64,000 bases of DNA from Psilocybe cubensis (taxonomy: Eukaryota): contig CM038999.1 in NCBI GenBank assembly GCA_017499595.2, forward strand, positions 1-64,000, in the 5' to 3' direction. Made by a program: the position numbers and the translations under genes. The notes under the pieces are model-generated. The model searched no databases, was not told the origin of the DNA, and was given only the letters and a program-made list of their open reading frames with translations. Numbering within the stretch: the first letter of the stretch is position 1; each line of letters begins with the position of its first letter. Of the stretch, positions 21,201 through 32,400 are shown one piece after another.

Positions 21201-21770
21201 GTCGCAGAGCACGACGAATCCATTCTTGTACTTAAAACCAGATTTGATCAGGTATGGAATTGGTTTTCAGCTGCTGAACTTGGAAAAACTGTTACCGAGT
21301 ACTGGTCGGCATGGTATGAACATGCCGAGAAAGGTTTGTATAGTGCAGACTCGTCCAGACCCCTTATCAAACCAGATCCAAATTACGTTCACGACCTCGA
21401 TGATGTTCGCCCGGAGCTGTTCACACAGATCCTCGTGGACGGAGAAACTGAGTTCGTACCGGATTTGAGGAAGATAGGACTACTCGGAAGTCGTTGGATA
21501 GTATCGCGAAAACGCAATACTAATCTTTTCGACCTTGCAAATGTGTGGAAGAAAACAGTCTTTCGTAAACTGGATGAAGACATCGCTGAAAAAGGTGGTG
21601 TTGTTCCCGAAACTCAAAACGTTAATGAAACTTATCATTCTGCTTTAGTTGAAGCTGCTGAACAGATAAGTATCGAAAGTGATAACGAGATAATACTTCA
21701 TAGACGTTCAATCTCACAAGAGAGGGAACATCCAGAATTCGGCAGAATATCCAAATCTTACAACCGATGA
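18240..21770 (+). CDS. Penelope-like RT polyprotein, 1176 aa
   Basis: Intact; the protein appears identical to unit 2. Confidence 0.95.
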   Translation: MSSTYSAAFSRAMSPTLDALTQAVVNNTVFGVNDEAGRHNALIDELATVVIKKIAECRSIDQIVDCVFFDYRAALREFLLNLASWCDKRETVKASLERLELAVSAGNTPNRLRVKAPEFQLTKEFADAGSAEALRVSSTFSTARDVFQKAINDGAIQAKKDELAFWDDKCALNNCYEAAALIVKTTYDDRKSSYKLPVFSTDNKGVRRITDWVVSPQKKAECSALQTILPAIFSHIKQIVNLRHRALAIKIEKKRSTAATADVEMADATKPGPSIQSLIDKGLNARLKKLNLGSVGKKASSRNPSPIILDTNYYSNYPDFVWPEFVQGSSTSGQESWPFEIQTLVDAFAEEAPNQGFQQGRQQEEREGESSRQERSKGKGKGKSLDARSNVVPFTSVRPAFPNSIPDDILTMTKTDAVSFVHLHTPISFLLAGQYRSSVHCSPGVVVPVDIANDLSLGLNYMFFTLPSQSLIMQAWNDFQRRIRWRIYFLFKEGMNKPFDPDYGVSSKKKEKPPVLPQYMELGLSMGRRYVQRTIASIPEEALTEMRKHAFSPKRDKIRKFLIDNNYVITMTDKNLGLAVSERDWILRNELNLLEDERNYEELEFEVAQEVMKSKMIQMQTLARTVEDEHLFLFELGLSRFFLSNVPEDGSSFKYPQFHGIPKIHKKPTGFRPIIPCHSVVFNPAAKFVSKELKPIIKSTPSIIHGTKDLFTRLSQLRIDPKRQWYFVTGDVVAFYPNIPLDLCIEIVCNMYEEWLLNASEENTALAHINPNSLENNLVKLGIFKRAIEIGNTQLITQHGSRYFRQKNGLAMGVADSPDLANLFGAHFEIKSKILDHPNVAFYGRYIDDCFAIVYAESEALALNLIKETIKFDGCVIEWAVSSSGCQFLDAFIFKESGKLHWKPFVKTGNNRERVPWVSHHPLDVKRGVYIGELSRLAVLCSTKEIYIGAIRDLNALYLMRGYPENLVMSWCKKNIQERWEKRFALRVAEHDESILVLKTRFDQVWNWFSAAELGKTVTEYWSAWYEHAEKGLYSADSSRPLIKPDPNYVHDLDDVRPELFTQILVDGETEFVPDLRKIGLLGSRWIVSRKRNTNLFDLANVWKKTVFRKLDEDIAEKGGVVPETQNVNETYHSALVEAAEQISIESDNEIILHRRSISQEREHPEFGRISKSYNR

Positions 21771-22479
21771 AAAGAATACTAGCGCGTAAGGCGTAAAGCA
21801 TTAGAAAAAAACCCTAACCGTAAGTATTCCTTGCTACAAAGTAACAAACATCTACTTACAAGCAACACATTGGATTAAATAGCTAAACCTAAACCTAAAC
21901 CCTAAACCCTAAACCCTAAGCCCTAACCTAACCCCAACCCTAAGCTAACTAAGTCTAACCTTAGTAGGAAGTAAGGTAGGCGTGTGAACTTCCGAAAGGC
22001 ATGTGATTGTGAAGGGCCGGATCTAATTTAGTACATGGGAAAAGTTACTTAGTACCTCGGGAAAAGTTCCTTAGTACCGTGGAAACATTTTTGATGGACC
22101 GGATCATGAACTGTCCAATTAAGATTCACAACAATCAATCAATTGATTGTTAGGTAAGGACCCAGGTAAGCTATTTATACTCTTGACATGAGAATATTCC
22201 CATGTCACGGTTACTCGGAGCCACGTAACCAGAGTATTTTATATCCATGTGATTCACATCACAGTCAATAACCCACGATGTCAAAGAACAAAAGTGTTGG
22301 ATCCACTTTTGACAGGTTACCATGTGCCACATCGACCCGTGACACTCTGTTCATCAGAGATCTGTCTAACTTGACAATAAACATTGACAGATTTGTGATA
22401 GTCGGTAAGATACATGACAGCTGCGCAGCATCACTTCACGCGCTGTCATCGGATGTTCCAGAACATTCCTTCTAAGAAT

Positions 22480-22543
22480 AGCCACTGAAGAGTCTATAAA
22501 GACGAAAGGGCTGGCTGCTGATAACAATCAACAGCCCTCTGGC
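22480..22543 (+). ncRNA. Hammerhead ribozyme (intact, haplotype B), 3' pLTR of unit 4
   Basis: Same motif. Confidence 0.88.
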
Positions 22544-23225
22544 CTTCTTTCCATTTAACTCACAGTTTAAACAAGTCGCTCGCACCTCGCTTCGCTCGGT
22601 GCTCGCTCCCCCCCTAAACCCTAAACCCTAAACCCTAAACCCTAAACCCTAAACCCTAAACCCTAACCTAACCCCAACCCTAAGCTAACTAAGTCTAACC
22701 TTAGTAGGAAGTAAGGTAGGCGTGTGAACTTCCGAACGGCATGTGATTGTGAAGGGCCGGATCTAATTTAGTACATGGGAAAAGTTACTTAGTACTTCGG
22801 GAAAAGTTCCTTAGTACCGTGGAAACATTTTTGATGGACCGGATCATGAACTGTCCAATTAAGATTCACAACAATCAATCATTCTATTGTTTGATTGTTA
22901 GGTAAGGACCCAGGTAAGTTATTTATACTCTAGACATGTGAATATTCCCATGTCGCGGTTACTCGGAGCCACGTAACCAGAGTAATCTATATCCATGTGA
23001 TTCACATCACAGTCAATAACCCACGATGTCAAAGAACAAAAGTGTTGGATCCACTTTTGACAGGTTACCATGTGCCACATCGACCCGTGACACTCTGTTC
23101 ATCAGAGACCTGTCTAACTTGACAATAAACATTGACAGATTTGTGATAGTCGGTAAGATACATGACAGCTGCGCAGCATCACTTCACGCGCTGTCATCGG
23201 ATGTCTAGAACATTCCTTCTAAGAA

Positions 23226-23292
23226 TAGCCACTGAAGAGTCTATAAAGACGAAAGGGCTGGTTGTTGGGATCCCCCAACAGCCCTCTGGCTA
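23226..23292 (+). ncRNA. Hammerhead ribozyme (intact; 6-bp stem I TAGCCA/TGGCTA), 5' pLTR of unit 5
   Basis: Same core. Confidence 0.88.
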
Positions 23293-23396
23293 CTTTCCAT
23301 TTAACTCCCAGTTTAAACTAGTCGCTCGCACCTCGCTTCGCTCGGTGCTCGCTCCCCCCCTAAACCCAACGACTTTGCTATTATCCATCAGCCACT

Positions 23397-26300
23397 ATGT
23401 CATCTCAATACTCTGCTGCTTTCTCTCGTGCCATGTCCCCCACCCTGGACGCACTCACCCAGGCCGTCGTCAACAACACCGTTTTCGGCGTCAACGATGA
23501 AGCAGGCCGCCATAACGCTCTGATCGACGAGCTGGCCACTGTGGTCATCAAAAAAATAGCTGAGTGCCGCTCCGTTGACCAAGTCATAGACTGCGTCTTT
23601 TTTGACTATCGTGCTGCCCTTAGGGAGTTTCTCCTCAACCTCGCATCGTGGTGCGATAAGAGGGAAACAGTCAAGGCTAGCCTCGAGCGCCTTGAATCTG
23701 CCGTTAGCGCAGGCAACACGCCCAATCGCCTTAAGGTGAAGGCACCCGAGTTCCAACTTACGAAGGAATTCGCGGATGCCGGGTCAGCGGAGGCTCTTCG
23801 AGTCTCCACTACGTTCTCTACCGCTCGTGACGCCTTCCAAAAGGCAATTAACGACGGCGCCATTCAGGCGAAAAAGGACGAGCTGACTTTTTGGGATGAT
23901 AAATGCGCACTCAACTCTTGCTACGAAGCTGCTGCCCTCATCGTTAAGGCAACTTACGATGATCGCAAATCCAGCTACAAGCTCCCTGTTTTCTCTACAG
24001 ATAACAAGGGAGTTCGACGTATAGCAGAGTGGGTAGTGTCTCCGCAAAAGAAAGCCGAATGCAGTGCGCTGCAAACCATACTGCCGGCGATCTTTTCTCA
24101 CATCAAACAAATTGTCAACATGCGCCACCGCGCTTTGGCAATTAAGATTGAGAAAAAGCGGACGACTGCGGCAACAGCCGATGTCGAGATGGCCGACGCG
24201 ACCAAACCAGGTCCGTCGATTCAATCCCTTATTGATAAGGGCTTGAATGCACGTCTCAAGAAGCTCAACCTTGGATCTGTGGGCAAGAAGGCAAGTTTTC
24301 GTAACCCTTCACCCATAATTCTGGATACTAATTACTACTCTAATTACCCAGACTTTGTCTGGCCAGAATTCGTCCAAGGCTCCTCAACCTCAGGCCAAGA
24401 AAGCTGGCCCTTCGAAACCCAAGTCGTCGTCGACGCCTTCGCAACGCAAGCCTCAAACCAAGGCTTCCAACAAGGTCGACAACAAGAAGAAAGGGAAGGG
24501 GAGAGCTCCCGTCAAGAACGATCCAAAGGGAAAGGGAAAGGCAAGAGCCTAGATGCGCGGTCTAATGTAGTACCTTTTACGTCGGTGAGACCCGCCTTCC
24601 CCAACTCTATTCCTGACGATATACTCACCATGACTAAAACAGACGCAGTTTCTTTCGTACACTTACATACTCCAATATCATTCTTGTTGGCTGGCCAGTA
24701 TCGTAGTAGTGTACATTGTAGTCCTGGTGTTTCTGTCCCTGTTGATGTAGCAAACGATCTCTCTCTCGGACTTAATTATATGTTTTTCACTCTGCCTTCT
24801 AAAAGTCTGATCATGCAAGCATGGAATGATTTCCAACGAAGAATAAGATGGCGTATCTATTTTTTGTTTAAGGAAGGCATGAATAAACCTTTTGATCCAG
24901 ATTATGGAGTAAGCTCAAAAAAGAAAGAGAAACCTCCTGTATTACCGCAATATATGGAACTTGGCCTTTCGATGGGACGTCGGTACGTGCAACGCACGAT
25001 CGCAAGTATCCCGGAAGAAGCCCTTACGGAGATGCGAAAGCACGCGTTCTCTCCTAAAAGGGACAAGATCCGTAAGTTTCTTATCGATAACAACTATGTT
25101 ATTACGATGACAGATAAGAATCTTGGCCTCGCGGTGTCTGAACGCGACTGGATATTAAGGAATGAACTCAATCTTCTTGAAGATGAACGTAATTACGAAG
25201 AGTTAGAATTCGAAGTTGCGCAAGAAGTTATGAAGAGCAAAATGATTCAGATGCAAACGCTCGCACGTACTGTCGAAGATGAACATCTGTTTCTATTTGA
25301 ACTTGGGTTGTCTCGATTCTTTCTATCGAATGTACCGGAAGACGGATCATCGTTCAAGTATCCTCAATTTCATGGTATACCTAAAATCCACAAGAAACCT
25401 ACTGGATTTAGGCCCATAATTCCGTGTCACTCTGTAGTATTTAATCCTGCAGCCAAGTTTGTATCAAAAGAGCTTAAGCCGATTATTAAATCGACTCCTT
25501 CAATCATACACGGAACGAAGGATCTCTTTACGAGATTAAGCCAATTGCGTATAGACTCCAAAAGACAATGGTATTTTGTCACTGGAGATGTAGTTGCTTT
25601 CTATCCCAATATTCCGTTGGACTTGTGCATCGAAATCGTTTGTAGTATGTACGAGGAATGGTTACTCAACGCTTCGGAAGAAAACACTGCATTAGCCCAT
25701 ATTAATCCAAATTCGTTAGAGAATAACTTGGTTAAATTGGGCATCTTTAAACGTGCTATCGAGATTGGCAATACGCAATTGATAACACAACATGGGTCTA
25801 GATATTTTAGACAAAAAAATGGCCTCGCAATGGGCGTCGCGGATTCTCCGGACCTTGCTAACCTCTTTGGAGCCCATTTTGAAATAAAGTCAAAAATCTT
25901 AGACCACCCAAACGTGGCCTTCTATGGAAGGTACATCGACGATTGTTTCGCAATTGTTTACGCCGAGTCCGAAGCACTTGCACTTAATCTTATTAAAGAA
26001 ACAATAAAGTTCGATGGTTGTGTTATCGAATGGGCTGTTTCCTCGTCGGGATGTCAATTTCTCGATGCTTTCATATTCAAGGAGTCTGGAAAACTTCATT
26101 GGAAGCCTTTTGTCAAGACAGGAAACAACCGAGAACGAGTTCCATGGGTATCACATCATCCTTTGGACGTCAAACGTGGCGTCTACATTGGAGAGTTATC
26201 CAGGTTAGCCGTGCTATGTAGTACCAAGGAAATCTACATCGGAGCAATTAGAGACCTTAACGCTCTCTATTTGATGCGCGGTTATCCCGAAAACCTAGTC

Positions 26301-26927
26301 ATATCTTGGTGTAAGAAGAATATACAAGAACGTTGGGAAAAGCGATTCGCTTTACGAGTCGCAGAGCACGACGAATCCATTCTTGTACTTAAAACCAGAT
26401 TTGATCAGGTATGGAATTGGTTTTCAGCTGCTGAACTTGGAAAAACTGTTACCGAGTACTGGTCGGCATGGTATGAACATGCCGAGAAAGGTTTGTATAG
26501 TGCAGACTCGTCCAGACCCCTTATCAAACCAGATCCAAATTACGTTCACGACCTCGATGATGTTCGCCCGGAGCTGTTCACACAGATCCTCGTGGACGGA
26601 GAAACTGAGTTCGTACCGGATTTGAGGAAGATAGGACTACTCGGAAGTCGTTGGATAGTATCGCGAAAACGCAATACTAATCTTTTCGACCTTGCAAATG
26701 TGTGGAAGAAAACAGTCTTTCGTAAACTGGATGAAGACATCGCTGAAAAAGGTGGTGTTGTTCCCGAAACTCAAAACGTTAATGAAACTTATCATTCTGC
26801 TTTAGTTGAAGCTGCTGAGCAGATAAGTATCGAAAGTGATAACGAGATAATACTTCATAGACGTTCAATCTCACAAGAGAGGGAACATCCAGAATTTGGC
26901 AGAATATCCAAATCTTACAACCGATGA
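23397..26927 (+). CDS. Penelope-like RT polyprotein, 1176 aa
   Basis: Intact ORF with the same RT motifs. Confidence 0.95.
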   Translation: MSSQYSAAFSRAMSPTLDALTQAVVNNTVFGVNDEAGRHNALIDELATVVIKKIAECRSVDQVIDCVFFDYRAALREFLLNLASWCDKRETVKASLERLESAVSAGNTPNRLKVKAPEFQLTKEFADAGSAEALRVSTTFSTARDAFQKAINDGAIQAKKDELTFWDDKCALNSCYEAAALIVKATYDDRKSSYKLPVFSTDNKGVRRIAEWVVSPQKKAECSALQTILPAIFSHIKQIVNMRHRALAIKIEKKRTTAATADVEMADATKPGPSIQSLIDKGLNARLKKLNLGSVGKKASFRNPSPIILDTNYYSNYPDFVWPEFVQGSSTSGQESWPFETQVVVDAFATQASNQGFQQGRQQEEREGESSRQERSKGKGKGKSLDARSNVVPFTSVRPAFPNSIPDDILTMTKTDAVSFVHLHTPISFLLAGQYRSSVHCSPGVSVPVDVANDLSLGLNYMFFTLPSKSLIMQAWNDFQRRIRWRIYFLFKEGMNKPFDPDYGVSSKKKEKPPVLPQYMELGLSMGRRYVQRTIASIPEEALTEMRKHAFSPKRDKIRKFLIDNNYVITMTDKNLGLAVSERDWILRNELNLLEDERNYEELEFEVAQEVMKSKMIQMQTLARTVEDEHLFLFELGLSRFFLSNVPEDGSSFKYPQFHGIPKIHKKPTGFRPIIPCHSVVFNPAAKFVSKELKPIIKSTPSIIHGTKDLFTRLSQLRIDSKRQWYFVTGDVVAFYPNIPLDLCIEIVCSMYEEWLLNASEENTALAHINPNSLENNLVKLGIFKRAIEIGNTQLITQHGSRYFRQKNGLAMGVADSPDLANLFGAHFEIKSKILDHPNVAFYGRYIDDCFAIVYAESEALALNLIKETIKFDGCVIEWAVSSSGCQFLDAFIFKESGKLHWKPFVKTGNNRERVPWVSHHPLDVKRGVYIGELSRLAVLCSTKEIYIGAIRDLNALYLMRGYPENLVISWCKKNIQERWEKRFALRVAEHDESILVLKTRFDQVWNWFSAAELGKTVTEYWSAWYEHAEKGLYSADSSRPLIKPDPNYVHDLDDVRPELFTQILVDGETEFVPDLRKIGLLGSRWIVSRKRNTNLFDLANVWKKTVFRKLDEDIAEKGGVVPETQNVNETYHSALVEAAEQISIESDNEIILHRRSISQEREHPEFGRISKSYNR

Positions 26928-27642
26928 AAAGAATACTAGCGCTTAAGGCGTAAAGCATTAGAAAAAAACCCTAACCGTAAGTATTCCTTGCTATAAAGTA
27001 ACAAACATCTACTTACAAGCAACACATTGGATTGAATAGCTAAACCTAAACCTAAACCCTAAACCCTAAACCCTAAACCCTAACCTAACCCCAACCCTAA
27101 GCTAACTAAGTCTAACCTTAGTAGGAAGTAAGGTAGGCGTGTGAACTTCCGAACGGCATGTGATTGTGAAGGGCCGGATCTAATTTAGTACATGGGAAAA
27201 GTTACTTAGTACTTCGGGAAAAGTTCCTTAGTACCGTGGAAACATTTTTGATGGACCGGATCATGAACTGTCCAATTAAGATTCACAACAATCAATCATT
27301 CTATTGTTTGATTGTTAGGTAAGGACCCAGGTAAGTTATTTATACTCTAGACATGTGAATATTCCCATGTCGCGGTTACTCGGAGCCACGTAACCAGAGT
27401 AATCTATATCCATGTGATTCACATCACAGTCAATAACCCACGATGTCAAAGAACAAAAATGTTGGATCCACTTTTGACAGGTTACCATGTGCCACATCGA
27501 CCCGTGACACTCTGTTCATCAGAGACCTGTCTAACTTGACAATAAACATTGACAGATTTGTGATAGTCGGTAAGATACATGACAGCTGCGCAGCATCACT
27601 TCACGCGCTGTCATCGGATGTCTAGAACATTCCTTCTAAGAA

Positions 27643-27709
27643 TAGCCACTGAAGAGTCTATAAAGACGAAAGGGCTGGTTGTTGGGATCCCCCAACAGCC
27701 CTCTGGCTA
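27643..27709 (+). ncRNA. Hammerhead ribozyme (intact), 3' pLTR of unit 5
   Basis: Same motif. Confidence 0.88.
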
Positions 27710-28453
27710 CTTTCCATTTAACTCCCAGTTTAAACTAGTCGCTCGCACCTCGCTTCGCTCGGTGCTCGCTCCCCCCCTAAACCCTAAACCCTAACCCTAA
27801 ACCTAAACCCTAAACCCTAAACCCTAAACCCTAACCTAACCCCAACCCTAAGCTAACTAAGTCTAACCTTAGTAGGAAGTAAGGTAGGCGTGTGAACTTC
27901 CGAACGGCATGTGATTGTGAAGGGCCGGATCTAATTTAGTACATGGGAAAAGTTACTTAGTACTTCGGGAAAAGTTCCTTAGTACCGTGGAAACATTTTT
28001 GATGGACCGGATCATGAACTGTCCAATTAAGATTCACAACAATCAATCATTCTATTGTTTGATTGTTAGGTAAGGACCCAGGTAAGCTATTTATACTCTA
28101 GACATGTGAATATTCCCATGTCGCGGTTACTCGGAGCCACGTAACCAGAGTAATCTATATCCATGTGATTCACATCACAGTCAATAACCCACGATGTCAA
28201 AGAACAAAAGTGTTGGATCCACTTTTGACAGGTTACCATGTGCCACATCGACCCGTGACACTCTGTTCATCAGAGACCTGTCTAACTTGACAATAAACAT
28301 TGACAGATTTGTGATAGTCGGTAAGATACATGACAGCTGCGCAGCATCACTTCACGCGCTGTCATCGGATGTCTAGAACATTCCTTCTAAGAATAGCCAC
28401 TGAAGAGTCTATAAAGACGAAAGGGCTGGTTGTTGGGATCCCCCAACAGCCCT

Positions 28454-29382
28454 CAAGTACTCGTCCTCTCCCAAACTCCTGCCGCTTGTGCCTTCCCAAC
28501 TCATCCGGGAGCCCTTTCGTCACTGATCTTGCCCTTGACTCGGGGACGTTTCATCGACATGTTGGCTGCCTCACGGCAAGCGGGGCCCTTTTTCTTTCAC
28601 TCGCTCACGCCTTCTATGTTGGGTTACGGAGGTCATACAAACTCGTTTTAGTCTAGCTGCGGGGTTATCCAGCTATGATGACTTTGTAATTCGAGGGCGC
28701 GCAGTTCTTCAATGGGTATGGACATCAGGTGAGAGTACACTGGGGGTTGTCAGGACCAGCTCTGCTGGATACGCTCCTGGCAAGTCGGTTGCAGCCGGCG
28801 ACACTACCGAATTGCTGGGACGTCCTAAAGCTTGTGGGTACCGCCGACCGCTGGAAACAGCCTAGGCACCGGTGGCGACCGGGTATGGTAACAATCCCCA
28901 AGATTCAGCGAAAGCTGGAATGGATAATCAGCAGCGAATCCGTAACGGTCACGCCGACGGAAGCGTTCAACGACTAGGTGGTAGTGGGGTCTTCGGATCT
29001 TAAGATATAGTCTTGGGAGTGGGGAAACCCACATCTGGTATCTAAACCGCGCCTCGCTGCTTACGAGGACGGCCCGAAGTCCAGAACCGCTTAAAACGCG
29101 GGTGACCCGGCCTCCCCTTAGTAAAGGGAGTTAACACAAGGATGGACAAATAGTTCGTCGCCGGAAATGAACCTGTGGCTGTAATGGCTGATGTGGCGCC
29201 CCTTGGTAAAGGGCTTAAAGGGTATTAGCCTGCCATGTCCAATGGCATGAGAGTGTCCCTTGGTAAAGGACTTAATAGGCAATAGCCTGCTCTTTTGTCA
29301 TGAGCGGTATGTAGTGATCGTTTGCCTGTACGGTAGCGCCCATTGCTTGCACTGGTCCACGCCCGTAAAAAATCACGAGCCG
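28454..29382 (+). ncRNA. Group I intron copy 3 (929 nt) in the hammerhead cleavage triplet
   Basis: Same sequence and junctions, here in a haplotype-A pLTR. Confidence 0.92.
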
Positions 29383-29496
29383 CTGGCCTTCTTTCTATTT
29401 CAAACTCACAGTTTAAACTAGTCGCTCGCACCTCGCTTCGCTCGGTGCTCGCTCCCCCCCTAAACCCAACGACTTTGCTATCACCCATCAGTTACC

Positions 29497-32400
29497 ATGT
29501 CATCCCAATACTCTGCTGCATTCTCTCGTGCCATGTCCCCTACCCTGGACGTACTCACCCAGGCCGTCGTCAACAACACTGTCTTCGGCGTCAACGATGA
29601 AGCAGGCCGCCATAACGCTCTTATCGACGAGCTGGCCACTGTGGTCATCAAAAAAATAGCTGAGTGCCGCTCCGTTGACCAAGTCATAGACTGCGTCTTT
29701 TTTGACTATCGTGCTGCCCTCAGGGAGTTTCTCCTCAACCTCGCATCGTGGTGCGACAAGAGGGAAACAGTCAAGGCTAGCCTCGAGCGCCTTGAATCTG
29801 CCGTTAGCGCAGGCAACACGCCCAATCGCCTTAAGGTGAAGGCACCCGAGTTCCAACTTACGAAGGAATTCGCGGATGCCGGGTCAGCGGAGGCTCTTCG
29901 AGTCTCCACTACGTTCTCTTCCGCTCGTGATGCCTTCCAAAAGGCAATTAACGACGGCGCCGTTCAGGCGAAAAAGGACGAGCTGGCTTTTTGGGATGAT
30001 AAATGCGCGCTCAACTCTTGCTACGAAGCTGCTGCCCTCATCGTTAAGGCAACTTACGATGATCGCAAATCCAGCTACAAGCTCCCTGTTTTCTCTACAG
30101 ACAACAAGGGAGTTCGACGTATAGCAGAGTGGGTAGTGTCTCCGCAAAAGAAAGCCGAATGCAGTGCGCTGCAAACTATACTGCCGGCGATCTTTTCTCA
30201 TATCAAACAGATTGTCAACATGCGCCACCGCGCCTTGGCAATTAAGATTGAGAAAAAGCGGACGACTGCGGCAACAGCCGATGTCGAGATGGCCGATGCG
30301 ACCAAACCAGGTCCATCGATTCAATCCCTTATTGATAAGGGCTTGAATGCACGTCTCAAAAAGCTCAACCTTGGATCTGTGGGCAAGAAGGCAAGTTTTC
30401 GTAACCCTTCACCCATAATTCTGGACACTAATTATTACTCTAATTACCCAGACTTTGTCTGGCCAGAATTCGTCCAAGGCTCCTCAACCTCAGGCCAGGA
30501 AAGCTGGCCCTTCGAAACCCAAGTCGTCGTCGACGCCTTCGCAGAGGAAGCCTCAAACCAAGGCTTCCAACAAGGTCGACAACAAGAAGAAAGGGAAGGG
30601 GAGAGCTCCCGTCAAGAACAACGATCCAAAGGGAAAGGGAAAGGCAAGAGCCTAGACGCGCGGTCTACTGTAGCATCATTTACGTCGGTGAGACCCGCCT
30701 TCCCCAACTCTATTCCTGACGATATACTCACCATGACTAAAACAGACGCAGTTTCTTTTGTACACCTCAATACCCCGATTTCATTCTTATTGGCTGGCCA
30801 GTATAGATCTAGTGTACACTGTAGTCCTAGTGTTTCGGTCCCTGTTGATGTAGCAAATGATTTATCTCTTGGACTCAATTATATGTTTTTTACACTGCCT
30901 TCTAAAAATCTGATCATGCAAGCATGGAATGATTTTCAACGAAGAATAAGATGGCGTATCTATTTTTTGTTTAAAGAAGGCATGAATAAACCTTTCGATC
31001 CAGACTATGGAGTAAGCTCTAAAAAGAAAGAGAAACCTCCAATGTTACCGCAATTTATGGAACTTGGCCTTTCAATGGGACGTCGGTACGTTATTAAAAC
31101 GATCGCAAGTATCCCGGAAGAAGCCCTTAAAGAGATGCGAAAGCACGCGTTCTCTCCTAAAAGGGACAAGATCCAAAAGTTTCTTTTCGATAACAACTAT
31201 GTTATTACGATGACAGATAAGAATCTTGGCCTCGCGGTGTCTGAACGCGACTGGATATTAAGGAATGAGCTCAATCTTCTTGAAGATGAACGCAACTACG
31301 AAGAGTTAGAATTCGAAGTTGCGCAAGAAGTTATGAAGAGCAAAATGATTCAGATGCAAACTCTCGCACGTACCGTCGAAGATGAACATCTGTTTCTATT
31401 TGAACTTGGGTTGTCTCGATTCTTTCTATCGAATGTACCGGAAGACGGATCATCGTTCAAGTATCCTCAATTTCATGGTATACCTAAAATCCACAAGAAA
31501 CCTACTGGATTTAGGCCCATAATTCCGTGTCACTCTGTAGTATTTAATCCTGCAGCCAAGTTTGTATCAAAAGAGCTTAAGCCGATTATTAAATCGACTC
31601 CTTCAATCATTCACGGAACGAAGGATCTCTTTACGAGATTAAGCCAATTGCGTATAGACCCCAAACGACAATGGTATTTTGTCACCGGGGATGTAGTTGC
31701 TTTCTATCCCAATATTCCGTTGGACTTGTGCATCGAAATCGTTTGTAATATGTACGAGGAATGGTTACTCAACGCTTCGGAAGAGAACACTGCATTAGCC
31801 CATATTAATCCAAATTCGTTAGAGAATAACTTGGTTAAATTGGGCATCTTTAAACGTGCTATCGAGATTGGCAATACGCAATTGATAACACAACATGGGT
31901 CTAGATATTTTAGACAAAAAAATGGCCTCGCAATGGGCGTCGCGGATTCTCCGGACCTTGCTAACCTCTTTGGAGCCCATTTTGAAATAAAGTCAAAAAT
32001 CTTAGACCACCCAAACGTGGCCTTCTATGGAAGGTACATCGACGATTGTTTCGCAATTGTTTACGCCGAGTCCGAAGCACTTGCACTTAATCTTATTAAA
32101 GAAACAATAAAGTTCGATGGTTGTGTTATCGAATGGGCTGTTTCCTCGTCGGGATGTCAATTTCTCGATGCTTTCATATTCAAGGAGTCTGGAAAACTTC
32201 ATTGGAAGCCATTTGTCAAGACAGGAAACAACCGAGAACGAGTTCCATGGGTATCACATCATCCTTTGGACGTCAAACGTGGCGTCTACATTGGAGAGTT
32301 ATCCAGGTTAGCCGTGCTATGTAGTACCAAGGAAATCTACATCGGAGCAATTAGAGACCTTAACGCTCTCTATTTGATGCGCGGTTATCCCGAAAACCTA

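Larger units (their letters stand above)
16545..22621 (+). mobile_element. Penelope-like retroelement unit 4 (5' pLTR contains the group I intron)
   Basis: Near-identical to unit 2, offset by 11254 bp. Confidence 0.92.
22661..27784 (+). mobile_element. Penelope-like retroelement unit 5 (no group I intron)
   Basis: pLTR-ORF-pLTR; both pLTRs carry the TGGCTACTTTCC haplotype. Confidence 0.92.
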
